From positions 2,432,001 through 2,496,000 of the forward strand of contig OY969696.1 in the NCBI GenBank assembly GCA_963702005.1: DNA of 64,000 bases, given 5' to 3'. Position numbers and translations under genes: made by a program. Below, in pieces: positions 46,064 to 54,905 of the stretch. Position 1 is the stretch's first letter. Every line of letters starts with the position of its first letter. The notes below the pieces were generated by a model. The model was not told the origin of the DNA and ran no database searches. It saw only the letters and a program-made list of their open reading frames with translations. The stretch is from Candidatus Aminicenantes bacterium. Its GTDB lineage: Bacteria > Acidobacteriota > Aminicenantia > Aminicenantales > JAFGBC01.

Positions 46064-47137
46064 ATGAAATCATCATCTGTCCGTGCGATTGCATTGGCGG
46101 TGACTCTGGCTTGTCCGTTGATTCCGTTCAGCGCGGCCGTGGCTTCCGAGGCGCCCGGGGAGCTCAGGATCGGCTCCCTTAGAGCGTCTCCGGGCCAAAC
46201 GGTCTCGGGCCTGATCGAAGTCGCCCATCCCGCCGGCGGCACGGTCATTCCGGTGACCTTGATCTGCGGCGCCAAGCCCGGCAAGGTCCTCGGACTCGTG
46301 GCCGGGATTCATGGCTACGAATACCCGCCCATCCTGGCCCTGGACCGGATCAGGACCGAGCTCGATCCCGCGGATCTCGCCGGCTCGATCGTCCTCGTCC
46401 ACATCGCCAACCTCCCCGCCTTCCAGAGGAGGCTTATTTACTACGGTCCCTCGGACTGGAAAAATCTCAACCGGGTCTTCCCCGGAGATGCCCGGGGAAG
46501 CCTGAGCGAGCGCATCGCGTATTTCCTGACAAATGAAGTCATCCTCAAATGCGATGCGCTGATCGATCTCCACTGCGGGGACGCGAACGAGGCCCTCATC
46601 CCGTATACGTACTGGATGATCTCGGGCGACCCCAAGCTCGACGCCGCCTCGAAGGATCTCGCGCTGGCTTTCGGAATCGAGCACATCATCATCGACGAGT
46701 CCAGGACCAAGGATCCGGCCCACTCGCTCTACTTCGGGAATACGGCCGTCCTGCGCGGCAAGCCGGCCGTCACGACCGAGGCTGGCTATCTGGGACGGAC
46801 GGACGAGGAAGACATCGTCCGTAACGTCCGGGGAATAACGAGCGTCCTGAAGTTGTATAAGATCATGGAAGGAACGCCCGACATGGTTCAAGACCCGGTC
46901 TGGATCGACAAATATGAAGTCGTCACTTCGGGCCGGAACGGCCTGTTCCGGCCCCTGGTTGAGCGAGGTTATCATGTCCGGGCCGGACAGCGGGTCGGGC
47001 TGCTGACCGATTACTTCGGCAATGTCCTGGAGGAGGTCCGCGCGCCCTTCACGGGTATCGTTCTTTACATCATCGGAACTCCTCCGGCCAACCAGGGCGA
47101 GCCCCTGTTCGAAGTCGGCCGGGTTAGGGAGGAGTAG
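46064..47137 (+). CDS. Succinylglutamate desuccinylase/aspartoacylase family (M14-like), secreted
   Basis: AGIHGYE, NLNRVFPG, IDLHCG, TTEAG; C-terminal biotinyl-like segment. Confidence 0.88.
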   Translation: MKSSSVRAIALAVTLACPLIPFSAAVASEAPGELRIGSLRASPGQTVSGLIEVAHPAGGTVIPVTLICGAKPGKVLGLVAGIHGYEYPPILALDRIRTELDPADLAGSIVLVHIANLPAFQRRLIYYGPSDWKNLNRVFPGDARGSLSERIAYFLTNEVILKCDALIDLHCGDANEALIPYTYWMISGDPKLDAASKDLALAFGIEHIIIDESRTKDPAHSLYFGNTAVLRGKPAVTTEAGYLGRTDEEDIVRNVRGITSVLKLYKIMEGTPDMVQDPVWIDKYEVVTSGRNGLFRPLVERGYHVRAGQRVGLLTDYFGNVLEEVRAPFTGIVLYIIGTPPANQGEPLFEVGRVREE

Positions 47138-47146
47138 CGCGGCGCC

Positions 47147-47734
47147 ATGCGAATCCGGGGGTTTCTGTTCGACCTCGATGGAACCGTCGTCGAGACGTCC
47201 TACGACTGGCCGTTGATCAGGAGGGAGTTGGGCTGCGGCGGGACGCCCATCCTGTCCTATCTCGACGGATTGTCCGAGCCGGAAAGGTCCCGAAAATCGG
47301 GCATCCTGGAGCGTTACGAAGAGGAGCAGACGCGAAGCGCCGCGCTCAAGGAGGGTGTGACGGAATTCCTTGAGCTCCTCGCGGCCCAACGGATCCGAAC
47401 GGCCCTGATCACGAACAACTCCCGCAGGAACGCCGATTATCTGCTGGCTAAGTTCGCCCTGCGCTTCGACGTCGTCCTGACCAGGGAGACCGGGCTCTGG
47501 AAGCCGTCCGGGAAACCCCTGGTCGAAGGAATGAAGCGGCTGGGTGTCGCGAGGGCGGAATGCGCCGCCGTCGGGGACTCCTCCTTCGATGTCCGAGCGG
47601 CCAAGGACGCCGGCGTTCCCCTGATTTTCGTGCTCAACGCGGACGGAACGGCCTTCGCCGCCAAGGAGGTCGAAATCGTCCCGACCATCGTCGCCTTGCG
47701 GGCCCGGATTGAAGGCCTGATCGGAGACTCATGA
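47147..47734 (+). CDS. HAD-family hydrolase
   Basis: FDLDGT, ITNN, KP, VGDSSFD. Confidence 0.9.
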   Translation: MRIRGFLFDLDGTVVETSYDWPLIRRELGCGGTPILSYLDGLSEPERSRKSGILERYEEEQTRSAALKEGVTEFLELLAAQRIRTALITNNSRRNADYLLAKFALRFDVVLTRETGLWKPSGKPLVEGMKRLGVARAECAAVGDSSFDVRAAKDAGVPLIFVLNADGTAFAAKEVEIVPTIVALRARIEGLIGDS

Positions 47735-47802
47735 ATCCATCCTTCCGGAAGCGGAGTTATTGAAGATAGAAACGGGACCATCGGCTGCAAAGGAGATATA
47801 AA

Positions 47803-49905
47803 ATGAACGGAACGGCTTGGAAAAACATCGCGGCCAGGACAGCTCTTTTCGCCGGGCTCATCTTGGGTGCCGGAGCCTGGCTGTTCGGCGACGGGTTCAT
47901 CATCCCCAGACAGGACCCGCGCGAGGAAATCCCGCCCCTGACCGTTAAATACCACAGGGTTCAGGTCGAGATCAACAACCAGGTTGCTAAGACCTCTATC
48001 GATCAGGTTTTCATCAACAATTTTGGCCGGGACATCGAGGGGACTTATATCTTTCCCCTGCCGGAAGGCGCATCGATCACGGAGTTCGCCATGTACATCG
48101 GATCGGAACGGGTCCAAGGAGAGATCCTGGACGCGACCCAGGCGCGAAGGATCTACGAAGACATCGTCCGCCGGCTCAAGGATCCCGCCCTGCTCGAGTA
48201 TATCGGCCGGAACATGTTCCGGGCTCGCGTTTTCCCCATTCCGGCCCGGGGAGAAAAGCGGATCCAACTCTCCTATACCGAGGTCCTCAAGGCCGAGCGG
48301 GGGCTGGTCAAATATCTCTATCCGCTCAACACCGAACGTTTTTCGCTCAAGCCCCTCCAGGAGCTGAGCCTGACCGTCAAGGTCGAGTCCAAAATCCCGA
48401 TCGCGACCGTCTATTCGCCCTCCCACAAGGTCTCCGTCCGGAAAGAGGGCGCGAACCTGGCCACGGCCGGATACGAGGCCACGGACGTCAAGCCCGACAA
48501 GGACTTCGTCCTCTTCTACGGGCTTTCCGAGGACGACATCGGACTGTCCTTTGTGAACAGCGAGGGGCCCGACGGAAAATATTTTCTGTTTCTGGCCGCG
48601 CCCCGCTATGCCGACAAGAGAGAGAAGGTCATCAACAAGAACCTCGTCCTCGTCCTCGACAGCTCGGGCTCCATGGGCGGGGCCAAGATCTTCCAAGCCA
48701 AGGACGCGGCCCGGTTCATCATCAATCATCTCGATGAACGGGACGAGTTCTCGATCATCGATTTCGACGACGGCGTGACCCTGTTCAGCGAGGACCTTCT
48801 CCCGGCCTCGGCCGCCAACCGGGATCGCGCCCTCAAGTTCGTGGACGGGATCGAGGACTCGGGGGGAACCAACATTCACGACGCCCTCCTCAAAGCCCTC
48901 GCTAAGCTCCGGACGGGGGATAGGCCGAACTACGTCCTGTTCTTGACCGACGGCCAGCCGACCGTCGGGACGACCGCGACGGGCGAAATTCTTAAGGACG
49001 TCGGGGCGGCCAACGAGGTGCGGGCCCGGCTGTTCGTGTTCGGAGTCGGAAACGACGTCAACACCGAGCTCCTCGACAGCCTCTCGACCAGGAACCGGGG
49101 GACCTCGATCTACGTCGGGGAAAACGAAGATCTTGAGGTCTCCATCTCCAGCTTTTACGAAAAAATTTCCTCGCCCCTCCTGGCCGACTTGTCCCTTAAG
49201 TTCAAGGGGATTGAGGCCCGAGATCTCTATCCCCAGACCCTGCCCGATTTGTTCAAAGGCTCCCAGCTCGTCGTCGTCGGAAAATACGAAGGGGAAGGTC
49301 CGGTCGTGGCGACGCTCTCCGGGAAGGTCGGGAAGGAGGACAAGACCTTCAGTCTCGAAGGCCAGAAGCTGGCCCGGGGAAGCGAGTTCGCCTTTTTGCC
49401 CAGGCTGTGGGCGACGCGCCGGGTCGGGTACCTCCTCGAGGAGATCAGACTCCACGGCCAAAACCCGGAGCTCATCGACGAGGTCAAGAAGCTCGGGCTG
49501 AAGTACGGGATCGTCACGCCCTATACGTCCTATCTCGTTACGGAGAAGGAACAGCTGGTCTTTGAGGCGGCCGCCCCGGCCGCTCAGGACGCCATGAAAA
49601 CGCGGGCGTCGACGGGCGCCGGAGCCGTGATGGCGGCCAAGGTCAGCCAGCGGCTCAAGGCCGACGAACAGGCCTCGCAAGTCGCGTCGAGCCTGATCCG
49701 CTATAAAGAGGACAAGACCTTCTACCTCAAGGACGGCGTATGGGTCGACAGCGAATACAAGGACGGGGAGCAGGTCAAGGAGATCAAATTCAACTCCGAC
49801 GAGTACTTCAAGCTGATCGTGGACAAGCCGGGGATCGGCAAGTATCTGAGTGTCGCAGACAAGCTGATCGTCTGCTTCGGCGGAGTCAATTACAAGATAC
49901 TCTAA
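47803..49905 (+). CDS. VIT plus von Willebrand A domain protein, exported
   Basis: QVFIN...EGTYIFPLP (VIT); LDSSGSM MIDAS, GGTNI, LFLTDG, FGVG, RLWA, VTPYTSYL. Confidence 0.9.
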   Translation: MNGTAWKNIAARTALFAGLILGAGAWLFGDGFIIPRQDPREEIPPLTVKYHRVQVEINNQVAKTSIDQVFINNFGRDIEGTYIFPLPEGASITEFAMYIGSERVQGEILDATQARRIYEDIVRRLKDPALLEYIGRNMFRARVFPIPARGEKRIQLSYTEVLKAERGLVKYLYPLNTERFSLKPLQELSLTVKVESKIPIATVYSPSHKVSVRKEGANLATAGYEATDVKPDKDFVLFYGLSEDDIGLSFVNSEGPDGKYFLFLAAPRYADKREKVINKNLVLVLDSSGSMGGAKIFQAKDAARFIINHLDERDEFSIIDFDDGVTLFSEDLLPASAANRDRALKFVDGIEDSGGTNIHDALLKALAKLRTGDRPNYVLFLTDGQPTVGTTATGEILKDVGAANEVRARLFVFGVGNDVNTELLDSLSTRNRGTSIYVGENEDLEVSISSFYEKISSPLLADLSLKFKGIEARDLYPQTLPDLFKGSQLVVVGKYEGEGPVVATLSGKVGKEDKTFSLEGQKLARGSEFAFLPRLWATRRVGYLLEEIRLHGQNPELIDEVKKLGLKYGIVTPYTSYLVTEKEQLVFEAAAPAAQDAMKTRASTGAGAVMAAKVSQRLKADEQASQVASSLIRYKEDKTFYLKDGVWVDSEYKDGEQVKEIKFNSDEYFKLIVDKPGIGKYLSVADKLIVCFGGVNYKIL

Positions 49906-49944
49906 ATTTGGGGGGCAAGGACTCGGGGCAGGATGGCTCGAAGG

Positions 49945-49970
49945 CGCTTCAGACCGCTTTCAAAGCCCTT
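49945..49970. repeat. Degenerate half-copy of the 18328 inverted-repeat arm
   Basis: CGCTTCAGACCGCTTTCAAAGCCCTT versus the reverse complement of 18332-18357, CGCTTCAGATCCGCTTTTAAAGCCTT. Confidence 0.65.
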
Positions 49971-50038
49971 TTTAGAAGAATATATTAAGTGGGGAACTTG
50001 CCTGTGTCGTTCAATATTATTTTAAAGTTATAAGCAAA

Positions 50039-52129
50039 TCAGCCCTTGAGATTCAGCCCGTAGCTGGCGCTGATATCCAGCGGGGGCATCGGTCCGTTCA
50101 CGGGCTTGCCGTCCTTTAAGTACCAATCGAACCACTCGAGCTGCCGGTAGAGGACGTCGATTCGCCCCGGCTGCCGCGCGTTCCCGTGTCCTTCGCCCGG
50201 GTACTGGACCAGCCTGACCGCGGGATGGTTGTTCATCTTCAGGACCCGGTAGTATTCAAAGCTCTGGGAGGGAGGGACGCGGGTGTCGGCCGCGCCGCCC
50301 AGGATGAGGACCGCCGTCTTGCTCTGGTGGGCCCAATAGATCGGACTCCGCTTCCGGTTCTGGTCCCACATTTTTTCGAGCGGCTGTCCGGAGTGGACGT
50401 AGAGCTCCTCGTAGGGGATATCGGTCGTCAGGCGCTTCGAGACGAGGTCGCTGATGCCGACGAACATGGCGACGGCCTTGACCAGCCGCGTGTAGTAGGA
50501 CGAGAACCAGGCCGCGGCGAATCCGCCGTAAGAGCCGCCGGCCAGGCCGACCCGGTCCTTGTCGGCCAACCCGGCCTTGGTCAAGCTCTCGATGCCGTCC
50601 GCGATGTCGTCGAATTCCTTGCCGGCCGGGTCCTGGTAGCCGGCGGCCGCGAACTCGAGGCCGTAACCCGTGCTCGCCCGGTAGTTGGGATAGAAGACAA
50701 GGTAGCCTTTGGCGGCGAGGGCCTGCCCCGGCTCGGAGTAACGGGTGACCCAGCCGTTCGAATAATTCGATTCGGGCCCGCCGTGGACGATGACGACGAG
50801 CGGATAGCGCTTCCCGGATTCATACCCCAGGGGATAAATGAGCAGGCCTTCCACGTCCCAGCCATCGCGGGCTTTATAGCGGTAGATGTCCTGCTTCCCG
50901 AACTGTCTCTCGGAAAGCCAGGGGTTGAGGGTCGTCAGACGGCGCATCTCCTTGCCGGGTTCCCAGGCATAAAGATCGCCCGGGATCTGGGGCGTCTGGG
51001 CCGTGAGGGCGAATGCTTTGAAATCGGCCGTATAGCTGGGCGCTCCGAAGATCAAGCCCGAATCCTTGGCGGCAAGGAGGACCTTGCGTTCGCCGCCCGC
51101 AGCGGGGATTTCGCTCAACGTGGGCCAAACGCCCTCGGCGGCCAAATAGACGAGGGTCTTGTCGTCTTTCCAGCCGACCCACGAAATGTGGCCGCGGAAT
51201 TTGGGCGGGGTCAGGTTCGACGCCTGTCCTCCCCGGGCCGGGATGACGAAGGCCTGGCTGGCGGCGTGATCCTTGCGATCGAAGCTGGCGGCGTAGGCGA
51301 TCCGGCTGCCGTCGGGGCTGAAGGCGAAATTGCCGAGCTTGCCGGAGTTGTCGCTGACTTTGGTTAGCGTCTTTGTCGCCAGGTCGAGGATGTGAATCCG
51401 CTGAAACATGTAGCTGTCGTCGATGAGGTTTCGGGGCGAGACGGCGGCCGCGATCGTCTTGCCGTCAGGGCTGAATTCGAAGCTCCAGACTGTGACCCCG
51501 TCCGTGAGCTGCTCGGGCTTGGAGCCGGGCTCGAGAGAGGTCAGATAAAGGTTGCGATGCTTGAGGTTTTCTTCGTAGAAGATGAATCCGTAGCCTTTTT
51601 TCTCGAGCTCCTCCTCCCTCGTGGTGGCCGGAGTCTGGGCGATGTAGGCGATCGTGCGGCCGGAGGGATGCCAGCTGAAATCGAGGACGGGAGTCGGTGC
51701 GGAGGTAACTGCGGAAGCCTCGCCGCCGTCGACGGGCATGGTCCACACCTGGGTCAAAGCCTTTTCGCCCCGCGCCATCAGGAAGGCGAGGCGGTCGCCG
51801 TCCGGGCTCCAATGGGGGGAGGAGACATTGACCTTGCCGATGATGAACGGCCGGGCCTCTCCGGTCGCGAATGAAGCAACGTAAAGCTCGTTGAAAGGTC
51901 CTCCGGGCGCCTCTTCGGCCTCGCGGGGCACGCTGACGAGATAGGCGATCCAGCGTCCGTCTGGACTGATCTCGGCCCTTGAGCAGGTCTTGATCCGGAG
52001 GACGTCGGCGGGATCAAGGGGTTTGGCGGATTGCTGGGCGGCCAGGCCGACCGTTAAGATCGAGATGGCAACGCCGATTCGGAAGGCGATTCGACGAAAC
52101 GCGAATGGATTGGTCCGGACGGGATTCAT
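50039..52129 (-). CDS. S9-family (prolyl oligo/acylaminoacyl) peptidase
   Basis: SPDG propeller repeats; VHGGP, GGSYGG, DTRVP, GEGHG. Confidence 0.93.
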   Translation of the reverse strand: MNPVRTNPFAFRRIAFRIGVAISILTVGLAAQQSAKPLDPADVLRIKTCSRAEISPDGRWIAYLVSVPREAEEAPGGPFNELYVASFATGEARPFIIGKVNVSSPHWSPDGDRLAFLMARGEKALTQVWTMPVDGGEASAVTSAPTPVLDFSWHPSGRTIAYIAQTPATTREEELEKKGYGFIFYEENLKHRNLYLTSLEPGSKPEQLTDGVTVWSFEFSPDGKTIAAAVSPRNLIDDSYMFQRIHILDLATKTLTKVSDNSGKLGNFAFSPDGSRIAYAASFDRKDHAASQAFVIPARGGQASNLTPPKFRGHISWVGWKDDKTLVYLAAEGVWPTLSEIPAAGGERKVLLAAKDSGLIFGAPSYTADFKAFALTAQTPQIPGDLYAWEPGKEMRRLTTLNPWLSERQFGKQDIYRYKARDGWDVEGLLIYPLGYESGKRYPLVVIVHGGPESNYSNGWVTRYSEPGQALAAKGYLVFYPNYRASTGYGLEFAAAGYQDPAGKEFDDIADGIESLTKAGLADKDRVGLAGGSYGGFAAAWFSSYYTRLVKAVAMFVGISDLVSKRLTTDIPYEELYVHSGQPLEKMWDQNRKRSPIYWAHQSKTAVLILGGAADTRVPPSQSFEYYRVLKMNNHPAVRLVQYPGEGHGNARQPGRIDVLYRQLEWFDWYLKDGKPVNGPMPPLDISASYGLNLKG

Positions 52130-52229
52130 GGGTCCTCCTCCAAATGTTTTTCGATGGGATGCACGGGGCTATTCTATCCGCAATCGGCCCGATCGACAAT
52201 GTCGGCAGCGATGCTTCGCCGATTCGTCT

Positions 52230-52311
52230 TGGTCCGTTCGCCGACGCTACCCCGCCTTGCAGCACTCATACTAAGCCGGAAACGGCTTAGTATGGGTGTC
52301 GAGGGGTTGAC
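52230..52311 (+). repeat. Modular hairpin repeat, copy C
   Basis: TGGTCCGTTCGCCGACGCTACCCCGCCTTGCAG + hairpin CACTCATACTAAGCCG-GAAA-CGGCTTAGTATGGGTG + TCGAGGGGTTGAC. Confidence 0.85.
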
Positions 52312-52396
52312 TTCGTCCGCCGCGCGAATTACTCTCTTAGTGCCGGGAGTCGATGGAAACGGAAAATTCGCAGGGGCCGAGAGAAAGGGGAAGATC

Positions 52397-52732
52397 GTGA
52401 AAAAATTCCTCTGGCTGATCATTATCGTCGTGGTCGGGTTTATCGCCTATACGAAGTTTATGCGCCCGGTATCGGACGAGGAGAGGAACGTCATGGCCAT
52501 GGAGGATCGCTACGAGACGGCCCGGAACCGTTATCTCTCCGTCTCCCGCCAGTTGGCGATGCCGGGCGAGGTCGCCATCGCCGACCCGGAGGCGGCCGTT
52601 CAGAGACTCAAGGACGTCAAAGCCGCTTTCGACAGCTTGTATGAATCGTTGACGGAAAAAGCCGCCATCGCCAGGGCCGACAAACTCCAGGCTAAGATCG
52701 AGGAATTCTTCGAAAAAAACGAAATCAAATGA
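52397..52732 (+). CDS. Hypothetical membrane-anchored helical protein
   Basis: GTG start after a purine-rich SD; KKFLWLIIIVVVGFIAY anchor; stop overlaps the next ATG. Confidence 0.65.
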   Translation: MKKFLWLIIIVVVGFIAYTKFMRPVSDEERNVMAMEDRYETARNRYLSVSRQLAMPGEVAIADPEAAVQRLKDVKAAFDSLYESLTEKAAIARADKLQAKIEEFFEKNEIK

Positions 52733-53751
52733 TTACCTCGAGCCTCCAGGAGCGCGCCCTCCGGGCCCATGAACGGGGGAAGCGCCTGGTGGCCCCGATG
52801 ATGGGATTTCCCGGCGTCGAACTGGTCGGCAGCAACATCAAACTGGCCCAGCAGAATTTCGGCGAACATTTCCGGGCCGTCAAGTGCTTGGCCGACCGCT
52901 TCGGGCCGGACCTCATATTCCCGCTCATGGACCTGTCGGTCGAAGCCAACGCCCTCGGCCGTACGACGGTCTTCCCCAAGGATAACTCGGCGACCGTGGT
53001 CCGCGATCCTTTCCGTTTCGAGGAGATGGACGCGCTCAAGGAAATCAACATCGCCTTCGACGGCCGGATTCTCGGCTACGTCGAGACCATGAAGATGATG
53101 AGCGTGGGGCTGCCCAAGACCATGCTCAAGGGCGCCTATCTGATCGGGCCCTACACGCTGGCCGCGCTCATCCTGGGCGCCGACGACGCGGCCGTCGCCT
53201 CGATCGAGAACCCCGGGCGGCTCCACGAGCTGTGCGATTTCGCGGCGGAGACGATCCAGGAATACGGCCGTCTCTTGATCTCGGCCGGGGCGGACGTCAT
53301 TGCCGTCCTGGAGCCGAGCGCCGTCATGCTCGGGCCCCGCCAATTCGGGGAATTCTCCGCCGCCTACGTCAAAGACATCAGCGCCGGTTTCAAATACAGC
53401 GACGTCGCCGTCATCTACCATATCTGCGGGAACACCATGCACCTGCTGGGCCGGATGGCGGAGTCCGGGGCGGTCGGCCTCAGCCTGGACGCGCCCGAGA
53501 CCGGCGTCGAGCTGGCCGAAGTCGCCCGCAGGGTCCCCGAGGACATCCTGATCCTCGGCAACATCAGCCCGACTTCGGTCATGCTCCACGGAACGCCGGC
53601 CGACGTCGAAAAGGCCGTGGCCATGCTCTTGAAGGACATGAGCGGTGTTCCCAATTTCGTTCTGAGCACGGGCTGCGACCTGCCTCAGGAGACGCCGGCG
53701 GAGAATATCGAGGCCTTCATGAGGGCCGGCCGTTCCCCGGGCGGCCGCTAG
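52729..53751 (+). CDS. Uroporphyrinogen decarboxylase-fold protein (MtaA/CmuA-like)
   Basis: DLSVEANALG, GPYTLA, YHICG, GNISP, LSTGCDLP...TPAENI. Confidence 0.8.
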   Translation: MITSSLQERALRAHERGKRLVAPMMGFPGVELVGSNIKLAQQNFGEHFRAVKCLADRFGPDLIFPLMDLSVEANALGRTTVFPKDNSATVVRDPFRFEEMDALKEINIAFDGRILGYVETMKMMSVGLPKTMLKGAYLIGPYTLAALILGADDAAVASIENPGRLHELCDFAAETIQEYGRLLISAGADVIAVLEPSAVMLGPRQFGEFSAAYVKDISAGFKYSDVAVIYHICGNTMHLLGRMAESGAVGLSLDAPETGVELAEVARRVPEDILILGNISPTSVMLHGTPADVEKAVAMLLKDMSGVPNFVLSTGCDLPQETPAENIEAFMRAGRSPGGR

Positions 53752-53771
53752 ATTGAATGCCGGCTCCGGCC

Positions 53772-54905
53772 TCAGCGGATCTTTTGGGCCACGGTCATCA
53801 GGACGAGCGAGCGGCGGGGAAACCAGTATCCGAAGCGGTAGAGGAGTTTCATCAGCCGGCTGTTGGCCATCTTGTTGCCCTGCCGCTGGAGATAGTCCTC
53901 TTTCCACCACTGGTTGGACTTGGTCACGAGCTCGATGTAAATCCCTCTGGTCCTGACGGGCTTGAATCCGCCCGCGGGAAGGAGGTCCCGGTTCAGCTCC
54001 CGGAAGGAGAACTCCCGGAGGTGGTCGGGGCTGAAGGGCCAGCTCTCCCTGTTGATCCGGTTGATGCGCCGCCCTTTGTTGGGCGTCGTCACGACCAGGA
54101 CGCCGCCCTTCTTGAGAACCCGATTCCATTCGGCGACGGCCTGCTCGGGATGGGGGAGATGTTCCAGGATCTCGCCGGCGAACAGGGCGTCGAAGCTCTT
54201 GGAGCGGAAGGGAAGCCGGGCGGCGTCGAAGACGAGCCATTCGATCGAGGGAACGGCTTCCTTCCTTTGTTTCATCCGCCCGAAGACGAGGTCGCCCGCG
54301 AAGATCCTGAAGCTCCACTGGGGTTGAATTTCGGTAAAGAGGGAGAGTCCGCACCCCACGTCCAGAACCCGGCCTTTGAAATATTTCTCGAAATAGCCCT
54401 TGAGCTTCTTGAGCTTGAACTTGTGCATGAGGTCGAGGAAGGGGAGGGGCGGCGCGTAACCTTCGGTCCGGAAATGGCGGTCGTAGAAATCCTTGAGGAC
54501 CTGATGGTCGTCGATCTTGATCAGGATCCGCTTCAGATAGATGAGCTTGGACTCGGCCCAGCCGGCCAGCCGGCAGTCCTGGAGCGGGTCCAAACGGTAG
54601 CCGGGATTGACCCAACAGTCGTCGGGAGCGACGGGCCGGCCGTCGGCGACGGCCTTCAGCGAATCCCGGCCGATGGGGTTGAAGTCGAAGTCGACCTCGA
54701 GGACGTGGCCTCCGTTCCCGAGCTTGAAGCTCCACCAGCCGAGGTGGTTCTCGGGATGGTTCTGGGGCTGGAAGGCGTAGATGTCGAGGCAGATGAGGAG
54801 CCCCTCGGGGCCGTTCAGAAAGACGTCGAACGCGGCGCGCCCGCGGAGATTCTCGAATGAAAGCTCCTTGGAGCGGGGCCGGATCTCGACCCGGGGCGTT
54901 TTCAT
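53772..54905 (-). CDS. Class I SAM-dependent methyltransferase with an N-terminal extension
   Basis: VLDVGCG, DAARLPF, EILEHLP, RVLKKGGVLVVTTPN. Confidence 0.85.
   Translation of the reverse strand: MKTPRVEIRPRSKELSFENLRGRAAFDVFLNGPEGLLICLDIYAFQPQNHPENHLGWWSFKLGNGGHVLEVDFDFNPIGRDSLKAVADGRPVAPDDCWVNPGYRLDPLQDCRLAGWAESKLIYLKRILIKIDDHQVLKDFYDRHFRTEGYAPPLPFLDLMHKFKLKKLKGYFEKYFKGRVLDVGCGLSLFTEIQPQWSFRIFAGDLVFGRMKQRKEAVPSIEWLVFDAARLPFRSKSFDALFAGEILEHLPHPEQAVAEWNRVLKKGGVLVVTTPNKGRRINRINRESWPFSPDHLREFSFRELNRDLLPAGGFKPVRTRGIYIELVTKSNQWWKEDYLQRQGNKMANSRLMKLLYRFGYWFPRRSLVLMTVAQKIR

Noticed and set aside
47803-49905. VIT-vWA protein as part of a MoxR/vWA or defence system
   Set aside because: No MoxR ATPase or other partner genes adjacent; a common stand-alone architecture.
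47437-54735. Long antisense ORFs (47437-49680 and 52600-54735)
   Set aside because: Shadows of well-supported genes on the opposite strand or in another frame; no motifs.
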